Shown: one piece after another, positions 53,656-63,998 of the stretch | How the letters are laid out: each line of letters starts with the position of its first letter | Position numbering within the stretch: the first letter of the stretch is position 1 | Source of the DNA: Paraspadella gotoi | Taxonomy: Eukaryota; Animalia; Chaetognatha | Direction of reading: 5' to 3' | Assembly: GCA_051294375.1 (NCBI GenBank) | Contig: CM119266.1 | Location: 5,503,210 to 5,567,207 of the forward strand | Length of the DNA: 63,998 nt | Position numbers and translations under genes: made by a program | Notes under the pieces: model-generated | What the model was told of the DNA's origin: nothing | The model's input: the letters and a program-made list of their open reading frames with translations, nothing else | Databases searched by the model: none

Positions 53656-55284
53656 AATGGAGATGATGACGACCGGTATATAACTTGATATATTGTTTAT
53701 TGAAAATATAAACCGTAATCTATATTTCAAACGTTTTAGCTAAAAAAAAAATTATAAACTGAATTTTGTCATAAATTCGGGTCATTTTTGTGCGTGAGAA
53801 ATGCGGAAAAAACATTTTACGATTAAGCAAAATATATAAATGATATTTTAACAGAAAAATATTTCCCTTTCTCCCCTTTTATTTTTTTCTTCCCTTCCGC
53901 ATCCTTTTATTTTTCTTCTTTTCCTTTTTTTTTCTTTCCCATTTCTTTCCTTTCCGCTTTCTTTACTTTGTCTCTTCCTTTCTCTTTTTCTCTTTCCCTT
54001 TTCTCATTTCAATTTATTTCCTTTCCTCTTTCTTTCCTTTTCTCTTTCCTTTCCTCTTTCTTTTCCTTTCTCTTTTTCTCTTTCCCTTTTTCTCTTTTCA
54101 ATTTCTTTCCTTTCCTCCTTCTTTCCTTTCCTCCACACTCCTGCCTACCTAATTCCGTGTCGCTCATTCATGTCGTTTCATGTCGAATTACATTAAAACA
54201 AGCGTCAACCCTTTCGAGTTCCGCGTGGGGTCGTCGTCGTCGTCGTCTTCGTGATCGTCATCGTTCGTCGTCGTCGTCGTCATCGTCGTCGTCGCATCGA
54301 TTTTTTAATGGGTCGAAAAAAAGCCATCTTTCATAAACGATGCGAGGTCCCTTGAGTCAAAGTGAGTTTTAAAATTTGGGAGGGTGGGGGTAAATAGAAA
54401 ATAGGTTTTTAGTTGCGCAGAGTGACTTTTCGGTCGGTCGGTCTGTCCCACTTACATTTCAAATGCATATAAATTATCTCTAATTTTCCCTAAATCGCTC
54501 TTTTGTTATCTTTGCTCGAAGCAAAATGACTGCTTGCGCTACCTTTGTTTTTAAAGAAATCTTGTACAAAAAATAAAAGACGGAATTCCGATGACTTGCG
54601 AATCTAAGACTCACTCACCCTGCCACGTCGTGACTTGTCACGATAGTCACGTGATCAGCCAGAAATAAACGTGATAATAGAGACACTGCGGCGCAACGCG
54701 TTGGAATAACAGTTCTTGTTTTAATGGGGATCTTGAGTATAAAACATACGGCGAGTTGAAAACGAGGCCAAAAAAAAAAAGATTTTTATCAATCGAAAAA
54801 TGAGTGTGCGACTTTGTAGGGGGAGACTAGTGTGGGCAGTGTGCCATCGCGGTTGGGGGCCGTGGAGAGGTACATTTTGACGATAAGAGAATCAATAATC
54901 AGAGAAAACCAAGTATTTTTTTATTTTAATGATATAAAAACTGATGATAAACACTCGTCTCGAATTAATAAATACGATTTAAGGAGATAAATATATATTG
55001 AAGTGAATCGCTAATCGTTCGACCAAAAGCGACATCTTGTTTTCCAAGCGAAATCTCAAAATTGCAAATCCAACGAGTATCAGACATTCTGCTCTCTCAC
55101 TTTCACCTTATCCCTTTCCCAAAAAATCCCCCCCCCCAAAAAAAAAAGAATAAAGCGGCAGTGGACGTCAGAAACACGCGTTGCTATGGAGACCAACAAC
55201 TCGTCGCTATGGAGACCGACATCGCTGCGACGACTTTCCATCACCGGGGGTGCGACACCATGAGACCCGAAATCGAGCTCGTTT

Positions 55285-55328
<44 letters not shown>

Positions 55329-55448
55329 GCTACTTTCTTTTCCTCTTTTATCTTTTTTATTTCCCTTTTTTTTCGCTGCCCAAAAAAGGATTTAGGTTCG
55401 CGTTTTTGTCTCGGACGCCCGGAAACCGGAAAGAGAGAGAGAGAGGAG

Positions 55449-55498
<50 letters not shown>

Positions 55499-57342
55499 CA
55501 GAGAGAGGAGACAGGAAGAGAGAGAGAGAGAGAGAGAGAGAGACACGGCCCAAAACCGGAAATTGACGCAAAATGGAGATTTTAACCGCGATTGATGTCG
55601 AGGAATTGGTGAACAGAGACGAGAGAAAGAAGAGAGAGAGAGGGAGAGAGAGAGAGAGAGGAGAAAGAGAGAATTGTTAAAACGAAGCTCGATTTCGGGT
55701 CTCATGGGTCGCACCCCCCGGTGATGGAAAGTCGTCGCAGCGATGTCCGGTCTCCAGAGCGACGAGTTGTTCGGTCTCCATAGCAGACGCGTGTTCTGCC
55801 GTCCACTTGCCGCTTTATTCTTTTTTTTTGGGCGGGGGGGGGATTTTTTGGGAAAGAGGATAAGTGGAAAGTGAGAGAGCAGAATTGTCTGATACTCGTT
55901 GGATTGCAATTTTGAGATTTCGCGTGAAACAAGAGTCGACTTTTGTCTCGAACGATTAGCAGATTCACTTCAATATTATTTATCTCCTTAAATCGTATTA
56001 TTAATTCGAAGACAGTGTTTCATCAGTTTTTATATCATTAAAATAAAAATTGACTTGGTTTCTCTGATTATTGATTCTCTTATCGTCAAAAGTGTACCTC
56101 TCCACGGCCCCCAACGCGGACTGGCCACACTGGCCCACATAGTCTTCTCCCCCTACAAAGTACGCACACTCATTTTTCGATTGATAAAAATCTTTTTTTT
56201 GTTTTGTGGCTCGTTTTCAAAACTCGCCGTATGTTTTATACTCAAGATCCCCATTAAAACAAAGAACTGTTATTCCAAAATCGCGTTGCGCCGCAGTGTC
56301 TCTCTTATCACGTTATTTCTGGGTGATCACGTGAGTATTCTGACAAGTCACGACGTGCAGGGCGTGATATGAGTCTGTAAGATTCGCAAGTCATCGGAAT
56401 TCCGTCTTTTATTTTTTGTTACAAGATTTCTTTTAAAAACAAAGGGTAGCGGCAAGCAGTGGCATTTTCTTCGAGCAAAGATAACAAAAGAGCGATTTAG
56501 ATAATTTAGAGATAATTTATAAGCGATTGAAATGTAAGTGGGACAGAACCGACCGACCCGAAAGTCACTCTGCCGCAACTAAAAACCTATTTTCTATCTA
56601 CCCCCCACCCTCCCAAATTTTAAAACTCACTTTGACTCAAGGGACCTCCGCATCGGTTTATGAAAGATGGCTTTTTTTTCGACCATTAAAAATCGATTGC
56701 GACGACGACGATGACGACGACGAACGATGACATAACGACGACGACAATGACGACGGCGACGACGGCGACCCCACGCGGAATCGAAAGGGTTGACGCTTGT
56801 TGTTAATGTAATTCGACATGAAAACACATGAATGAGCGACACGATTAGGGAGGCAGGAGAGTGGAGGAAAGGAATGAATTGAAAAAAAGAAAAAGGAAAG
56901 AGAAATAAGAGAAGGAAAAAGAAGAGAAGGAAAGAGAAAGGAAAGAAAGAGGAAAGGAAATTAAATTGAAAGAGAAAAGGGAAAGAAAAAAAGAAAGAAG
57001 AGAGAAAGTAAAGAAGGCGGAAAGGAAAGAAATGGCGAAAGAAAAAAAAGGAACAAGAAGAAAAATAAAAGGATGCGGAAGGGCAAGAAAAAATAAAAGG
57101 GGAAGAAAGGGAAATATATTTCTGTTAAAAATATATTTATATATTTTGCTTAATCGTTAAAATTTTTTTTCCGCATTTCTCACGCACAAAAATGACCCGA
57201 AATTTATGGCAAAATTCCGTTTATAATTTTTAGCTTAAAACGTTTGAAATATAGATTACGGTTATATTAAAACAAATATATCAAGTTATATACCGAAATT
57301 GGATAGTTGAAAATTAGTGTCGTCATAATCGCCATTTCATCA

Positions 57343-57408
<66 letters not shown>

Positions 57409-57656
57409 TTAATTTTCATGAGTATCAAGTTTGAATTCTTTCCTCGCTCCATCGCTTTGCCACGCCCCCTAATTTTTTCTATCGTCCCGTTTCGGCTCGT
57501 TCTGCCCATCGGCTTCCTGCCAATGCCCGATCAAAAAGCCCTCAGTGCCCACGGGGTTTTCCGATGCCGGGATTTCGACCAGGGATCGAACTCGTGACCC
57601 CGACGCGAACGTCGATTCGGATTCATTCGGGCGCTTTGATTCTGTCGCCTGGAAAT

Positions 57657-57696
<40 letters not shown>

Positions 57697-59449
57697 AGAG
57701 AGAGAAAGTGAGAGAGAGAGAAGAAGAGATAGAGGAGGAATGGTGTAATGTACCGCCCAGCGATTTGTTATGTAAAGCCAGGGGACATTGATAATCAGAT
57801 CAATTTATTAAATCCCTTTGTTGAAGTCAATTTGTTCATGTTGTACTTGGACTGTTTGTTAAATACCATGATAAGTGTGACTAAACTATCACCATCACTG
57901 ATAGTGGTAGTTGCTATAACATCACTGGATAGTATAGAGTGGTGATGGCCAAAGACGGGAATAGAATTCGGCTTCTAGCAATTAATCGTCTCACCTTTTT
58001 TGGTGGAAGAATAATTTCATATTTTTCTTTTTGACAGACTGACTTTCGATTAATTTTTTCACAGACTGACCCGTTCATTTTTTTGACAGGCTTTTCTAGT
58101 TTTTTAACTGCTGTTTTTTTATAATTACTGTGTAAATAATAAATAAAACCAAAAATAAAAAAGGGTGAAGGTATTTAATTATACAATGAATGAAAGTAAT
58201 TTGTAATAAAATATTTTCAAATCTTAAACTGTAAAATAGAGAAAGTAGTTATTTTTACAAATTTTTCATAACAGCCAAATTTGAGAGAGAAAAAGATATA
58301 AAACCACGGTTTTGTATTTTGTATTTTGTTTTTTGTAATCAATTACCGTTAATATGTTTTCAAAAAACAAAACAAATTAAAATACGACATAGTGCAACGA
58401 AGTAAGTAAAGTTTTGATGTGAAATATGTCAATGTGTGGACTAATGTTTAAGTTCTCACAATACATTTACAAATGTTAAAAAAAAGAGTGCAAAGCTTTG
58501 GAACGATTCGTATGTTAATGTATTGAATCGTACATATATTGTTTATGGTCTATTTTCTATAGCATTAAAAATTGCTTGTCCAGATAAGAAAGTTTCGAAA
58601 GGAAAATAAATCATATTAAAACGTTTTTGTTTTATTGATGGAATAAATTGGTTAGGGCAGAGTTCACTCGGTCATGGAGTATTGCCGACAAAAAAATAAT
58701 GAAAAGTAAAAACACCCTTTACTCTTATTTGCATATTGTAGTACGTAGTTTTACAATATTTTATTATCCTTCTACAAATGTTTGTTTGTCAAAAAAAATT
58801 AAAAAAACTGTTCTAAACGAATTTAACATTTGGTCAACTGTATAAATCTATATAAATATCCTTATTCATTACATCCTCAGTGGAACGATGCGAAAGAAGT
58901 TTCAAAGTTAAAAGATTTATTAAACAATCGCATCTGACTTCTTCCTCCACCTAGAACCAAAAGACCACTAAATTTGAACGATTCCTACGCTTAAACGTAT
59001 GGTCTATGTATTGAGTCCCGAAGTGGAATAAATAATTTACTCTATTTCATATTTTCAGGAGCTATTTATGACCCTCTTCAAAATTATTTTTGAAAAGAAT
59101 ATAGAAACAAAACAGATCTGTCCTCTCTCTCTCTCTCTCTTCCCTTCTCTCTATCTCTGCTCGCCTCTCTCTCATTTTCTAATCTTTAACCCTTTATCCA
59201 ATTTTAATCGATTCCAAAACATCGACGTCACAGAATCGCAGTTGTCCCAGATTCAGTTATTGCGTCTATACGTACAGGTTTTTTAATTGTTATTTTCGTT
59301 ACCGGATTTTGGCTCAACGTTCGTTCGAATTTTTGGGGAGAGACCTTTGATGTGGAAAACGACAATGAGATTCACGCGGTGGGTGATGATGATGATGATG
59401 ATGATAATGATGATGTGGTGATGATGATTATTTATGATAAAAAAAAAAA

Positions 59450-59480
<31 letters not shown>

Positions 59481-59930
59481 TTGATATGATGATGATGATA
59501 ATGATGGTTGATAATGATGATGATGATGATAATGATATATGATGATATGATAATGATGATGTGATGATGTTGATAAATGATGATGATGATATGATGATGT
59601 TTGATAATGATGATGGTGATAATGATGATGATGATGATTATGATAATGATGATTGCATGATGATATATGTGATAATGATGATGATGAATAATGATGTAAT
59701 GCATGATGATGATTTATAATGATATGATGATAATGATGATATGATGGATGATGATTGATTATATGATGATGATGCATGATGTTGATTAATGATGATTGAT
59801 GATAATGATGATGATGTGATGACTGATCTATGATATATGATAATGATTATTTTGATGATTGATGATAATGATGATGATTAAGTGGATGATTATGGATAAT
59901 GATGATTATGATGATGACGAGTATCTCTCG
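53362..59930. repeat. Direct re-copy of about 41020-42983 (53362-55286) followed by an inverted re-copy of about 39100-43340 (55290-59930)
   Basis: Shared unique anchors (e.g. GGTCACGAGTTCGATCCCTGGTCG, GCTATGGAGACC) occur three times. Confidence 0.9.
55180..55216. promoter_or_regulatory. Tandem RFX X-box-like motifs (GTTGCTATGGAGAC, GTCGCTATGGAGAC); other copies at about 42871-42911 and 55750-55788
   Basis: Match to the RFX X-box consensus; the second box reads GTCGCTCTGGAGAC in the other two copies. Confidence 0.4.
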
Positions 59931-60582
59931 TCTNNNNNNNNNNNNNNNNNNNNNNNNNAGAGAGAGAGAGAGAGCGAGAGAGAGATAGAGAGAGAGAAAG
60001 AGAGATAAAGAGAGAGAAAGGGAGAATGAGAAACGAAACTAGTTTTTTATTTAAAACATAATTAAATAAGAGAGGACCCTTATAAATTTTAGTATTTGGT
60101 ATTAAGCATAATAAAAATGGAATAATAAACTTCATACAACCTTCCTTGAAAGTTTTATTTCCCTTTCATTTAATTGTTACCAAAAGAAACAAAATAATTT
60201 AAATAATTTTTTGAAAAAATGAGCAAAATCACCAAATGGACAAATGAGTTGATTTGATCCTTTAGAATTGATTCATCCAAAAATATTTTTTCATTTAATG
60301 AATCTACTTTCAATCTCACAGAATTCTTGGTTTCCCTACAATTAAAGAGATAGATATGATATTTTTTCAAACACTTTAACTTCGAGAAATACTTTATTGT
60401 ACTTCGCACTAGCGCCTAACTACGTCTGTTATGAAAATAAAACGTCAATTTTAAACTATTGATTAGTTTTCCGTTTCCACAATATGTTTAATCTTTTCTT
60501 ATAAATTTAGACTTAGAAATACTTGTATGTTTAATGTTTATATTAGTCAATCACCCGTTTAATCACAGGATTATTTTTCATC

Positions 60583-60641
<59 letters not shown>

Positions 60642-60825
60642 GCTCTGAAGAAGGTTTAAAGCTGAAACATGACCATTGAAAAAGATTTAAAACAAGTTTG
60701 AGCAAACGATCTGAAGTGGTAATTAATTAATTACTTAATTATTTATTTTATTAATCAGTTCCGGCATTTTTAGGTCTTTCCATCACTGACAAAAGCAACG
60801 ATAACGTCGACGATGATGGCGACGA

Positions 60826-60877
<52 letters not shown>

Positions 60878-61156
60878 CGTTTATTTATTTTTTTTTTTAT
60901 TTATTTATTTTTTTTATTTGTTATTATTTTTTTTTGTTTGCTTGATTGATTAATCAATAAAATAATTAATTGATTAATAAATGCAGCTCGAATTTACATT
61001 TAATATAATAAAAACCATAATTAATTAGTGAAAGATTTTTTTCATTTAATCTCAATTCCACTCGGACGATTCCATCGAAACTTGATTTCCAGCTCAATAA
61101 CATATTCTGCTACTTAAATACAAAATTTCAAATCAATCGCTTGAACCATTCAACAG

Positions 61157-61768
61157 TAAGGCGTAGTGAAAGTTACATACGAAAATTCTAAATGTCAATT
61201 ATGAACAACATACCATCAGTGAACATTAATTTGTAAAAAAAAATAATTTTATGTTTTTTAATTTTTGCAGTAAGCTATATTTATATATAGTACTATCCTT
61301 ATAAAATTGAAAAATTTCAAAATAGGCTTTTCTTAATTTTGATTGCAGATTTGAATTCCTCGTCAAAAGTTGATAAAAGAAAATATAAATTATTTTTTAA
61401 AATTCTTTCATTAAGTGGGTTAAAAATTACAAAAACTATATTTAATATATAAAAAGTTAATTTTCAGCTTAAAATATAGCTTTTTTTAATTTTTGACCCA
61501 CTTAATGAATGAATTTTTTAAAAAGAGTTATATTTCTTTTTATCAACTTTTTATGACGAATCCAAATCTGCAAAAAAATCTTAGAAAAAACTGTTTTGAA
61601 ATTTTAACATTTATTGGATTAGTACTAGTATAAATATGGCCTACTGCGTAAATTGTAAAATTTATTATAAATTTTTTTTATACATAAATGTTCATTAGTA
61701 TAATGTTGTTCGTTCCTCACTTTTAGAATTTTAATTAAAGTTAAATTTAGAAATTTTACTACACCTTA
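61157..61768. mobile_element. 612-bp foldback MITE, almost wholly palindromic, TSD TTCAACAG
   Basis: Termini TAAGGCGTAGTGAAA / TTTTACTACACCTTA; nested inverted blocks (GCAGTA.GC/GCCTACTGC, TTGCAGATTTG/CAAATCTGCAA, CATTAAGTGGGT/ACCCACTTAATG); TTCAACAG at 61149-61156 and 61769-61776. Confidence 0.85.
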
Positions 61769-61809
61769 TTCAACAGTAATTGAGGTTCAAAGCTCAGTGG
61801 GAGCAGACG

Positions 61810-61852
<43 letters not shown>

Positions 61853-62305
61853 GGAAGGACATCGATTATTTTTTTGCATAATTTTTTATAATTCGGTATT
61901 CTGAGATGATAAAATGACTTATCGACAAGATTGTGTGGCGGGACCGACGGACCGACAAAGTGAATTATTTATTATTTAATATATAAAAATTTTAAAAAAA
62001 CCTTTTCGTTCCATTTATCTGTTTATTTATCTTTACGCCATTTGCTTTTAAACTTTTCTATTTAGTTACTTATACCAAAAACTAATCAATCAATGATTTT
62101 TAGTATTTTATATCAAATTACATTACGTTCTCAAACATTTGCAGCAATTGAAGATAAAATTCGAGCAAGTAACCTCTCACAAAAAAGAGCTTGGAAACGG
62201 AACAGATGGTCCCAGATATGAGTGATTCGGAGAATAATATTTTTTTTAATCGCATTTTCTTTTTGGTTCTTTTTTGGTTCCACGTAAATTAAACTTCAGC
62301 TGAAA

Positions 62306-63852
62306 ATGAATTTTTTTGTCCTAATTTTCTCCGTTTTACTTTTCAAAGTAAATGGGAGCACGTTGGAAGAATTAGAAAGAAAAGACGTGAGTTAACTTCG
62401 AACTTTGATAAAGTAAAACGGGGCGGGTGTGGGATAATTCATCAACGTTTTATAGAAGCAAGTTAGGTGTCGGCGGATAAATTTTTAAACTAAATTTTTA
62501 AACTAACGACTAACCAGCCAATAGTCTAACATTAAAGTAAACAACAGGAAAATAAATTCAAACTTAATCGAAACAGGAAGCAACGGCTTTTTCTATCGCG
62601 CATACAAACAAATGGGTGGACGATATGCTGAAGAGTGGAATGGACGAGTTGAGAAACACTGTGGGGCCGATTGTGCTTCCTCCGCAAACGATCGATTTCG
62701 ACGTGAAGATTCTTTGGGAAAATGTCAAAGGGGGAGTCAACCTGACGGAAGGAAAAATCACCAACGTTTTTAAAATTCACAGGTTAATCTTGTCTCAATC
62801 TAATGTGAAAAAATGATCAAAAAGCGGAATATCAATAATAATCTTTTTCATTAAAGAATCGACGATGCCGATATCCGTTATGTTAACCAGCAAGTTTTTG
62901 TCAATCTTAAGCTTGGAGTAGAGGACATCCGGGGTAAGTCCAAGAGGTAGAGGATGATGTGAATTTCTTACATCCGGGTTCAAGTTTCAAAAGGTAGGGG
63001 ATAATGGGATGTTCATTAAAATGACCTGATCGGAAAATCCCATACGCTTTTAACAAAAATTTTAAATGGGCCCTATATATGCGATTTTATTCGAATACAA
63101 CGAGGTTGATTCAGTACAATCATCATCAACAAACAAACAAACAAAGACAGACTAAGTCTAAGCAAAAAAAAAAAAAATCATAAAATAGAGAGAAAAAAAC
63201 AGTTAATTAAATAAAATTAATTAATTAAAATTTAAACAATTAAAAATTGTTCTTATGTTGTAAAAAATGGAACAAGTTTCTGAAGAACAGTATTCTTCAT
63301 TGTATATATCTTTGAGATAAAGGTTTTCTTACGATTATTAAAAATTGTAGATAGGTCGTGGTATCCAAACATACTCCTATGACTATGTCAATTGAAATTC
63401 TTTTAATTTTTTTTAATTTCAGTTTAAAATGTAAAAATAAAAGCGATCTCAGGAAAGGTCGCTATTTATATAGTATTTTCATTCTAAATATTAGAGGAAA
63501 TATTTTTTTAAAGTTTTTGAATATATTTTTTTCTCTTCAGGATCTTACCACATAAGCTTCAAATTTGGCCACTTGCACGATGCTGGAACCGTGACGGTAT
63601 CCGTGGATACGGTCCAACTGGCAATAGAAGTAAAGTATAGTATTTAGTAAACTTAAAATACATATATAATTATCCCAAATGAAATTTAATTCCGATAAGG
63701 CGGCGCAATTCTTTTCGCCCACGACGGGCGACAACAACGTTCTCAATCTCGACCTCAGTCTTCACCTCAAAATTTATTTGGGCAAAATCGGGATTTCGGT
63801 GAATCTCGGTGGGTCAGCCGCGAGTCTCTTTTCCGATGAGATGGCACAAAAG
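62306..63852 (+). CDS. Secreted group-7 mite allergen (Der p 7)-like / TULIP-fold lipid-binding protein, 3'-partial, join(62306..62386,62577..62782,62857..62933,63541..63629,63700..63852)
   Basis: Five GT-AG exons join without stops (phases 0,2,1,0,0): MNFFVLIFSVLLFKVNGSTLEELERKD/EATAFSIAHTNKWVDDMLKSGMDELRNTVGPIVLPPQTIDFDVKILWENVKGGVNLTEGKITNVFKIHR/IDDADIRYVNQQVFVNLKLGVEDIRG/SYHISFKFGHLHDAGTVTVSVDTVQLAIE/AAQFF...LGKIGISVNLGGSAASLFSDEMAQK. N-terminal signal peptide. The N.xVD..L..P..LP..F..G...L..G....I.R pattern resembles the Grp7_allergen family (assignment by recall, not by search). Confidence 0.82.
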
Positions 63853-63998
63853 GTGAGATGAGATGGGAGGTGAGCGAATCATGGGAGAGATGAGATGGGA
63901 AGATAGATAGGGCTGAGGATAAGGCGTTAATTAGGCTGAAGAGTGCTCTCCGCAACTACTTTAACCCCCTCTTGCAGCCATGGAACGGGTCCTGGGCT

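Larger units (their letters stand above)
59959..63998 (+). repeat. Direct re-copy (alternative haplotype) of about 43380-51543 lacking the solo LTR and the 3.36-kb TIR element
   Basis: Colinear match beginning at a 25-N gap; empty insertion sites near 63215 and at 63379. Confidence 0.9.

Overview
Animal (probably arthropod, low confidence) draft-genome window: AT-rich, with spliceosomal introns, dense GA/CT, GAT/ATC and GAC microsatellites and many N-gaps. Two protein-coding genes were reconstructed by hand, and the ORF track shows neither properly. (1) An Iroquois-class (Irx, TALE) homeobox gene on +, exons 5342-5451, 7275-7390, 7795-7913 and 8570-9678, with homeodomain, acidic tract, IRO box and an IRX4-like [10 protein letters not shown] motif. 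Its 5' exons were not found. (2) A secreted Der p 7/group-7-allergen-like (TULIP-fold) gene present twice: intact at 62306-63852 and indel-ridden at 46045-51399. Much of 20.8-64 kb consists of direct and inverted re-copies of the same segments, differing mainly by 1-bp indels and often abutting exactly-25-N gaps, so this is most likely long-read gap-filling redundancy. The two gene copies do differ by real insertions: a 410-bp solo LTR and a 3355-bp long-TIR element with an 8-bp TSD. Other elements include a 612-bp foldback MITE and Helentron/HINE-like repeats. The most unusual signals are a type-III hammerhead-ribozyme-like fold in a structured GC-rich intronic element (51631-51690, lacking the core GAA in this error-prone copy), a Penelope-type minimal hammerhead remnant (49091-49127), and recurrent RFX X-box and Hox/TALE motif clusters 3' of Irx.
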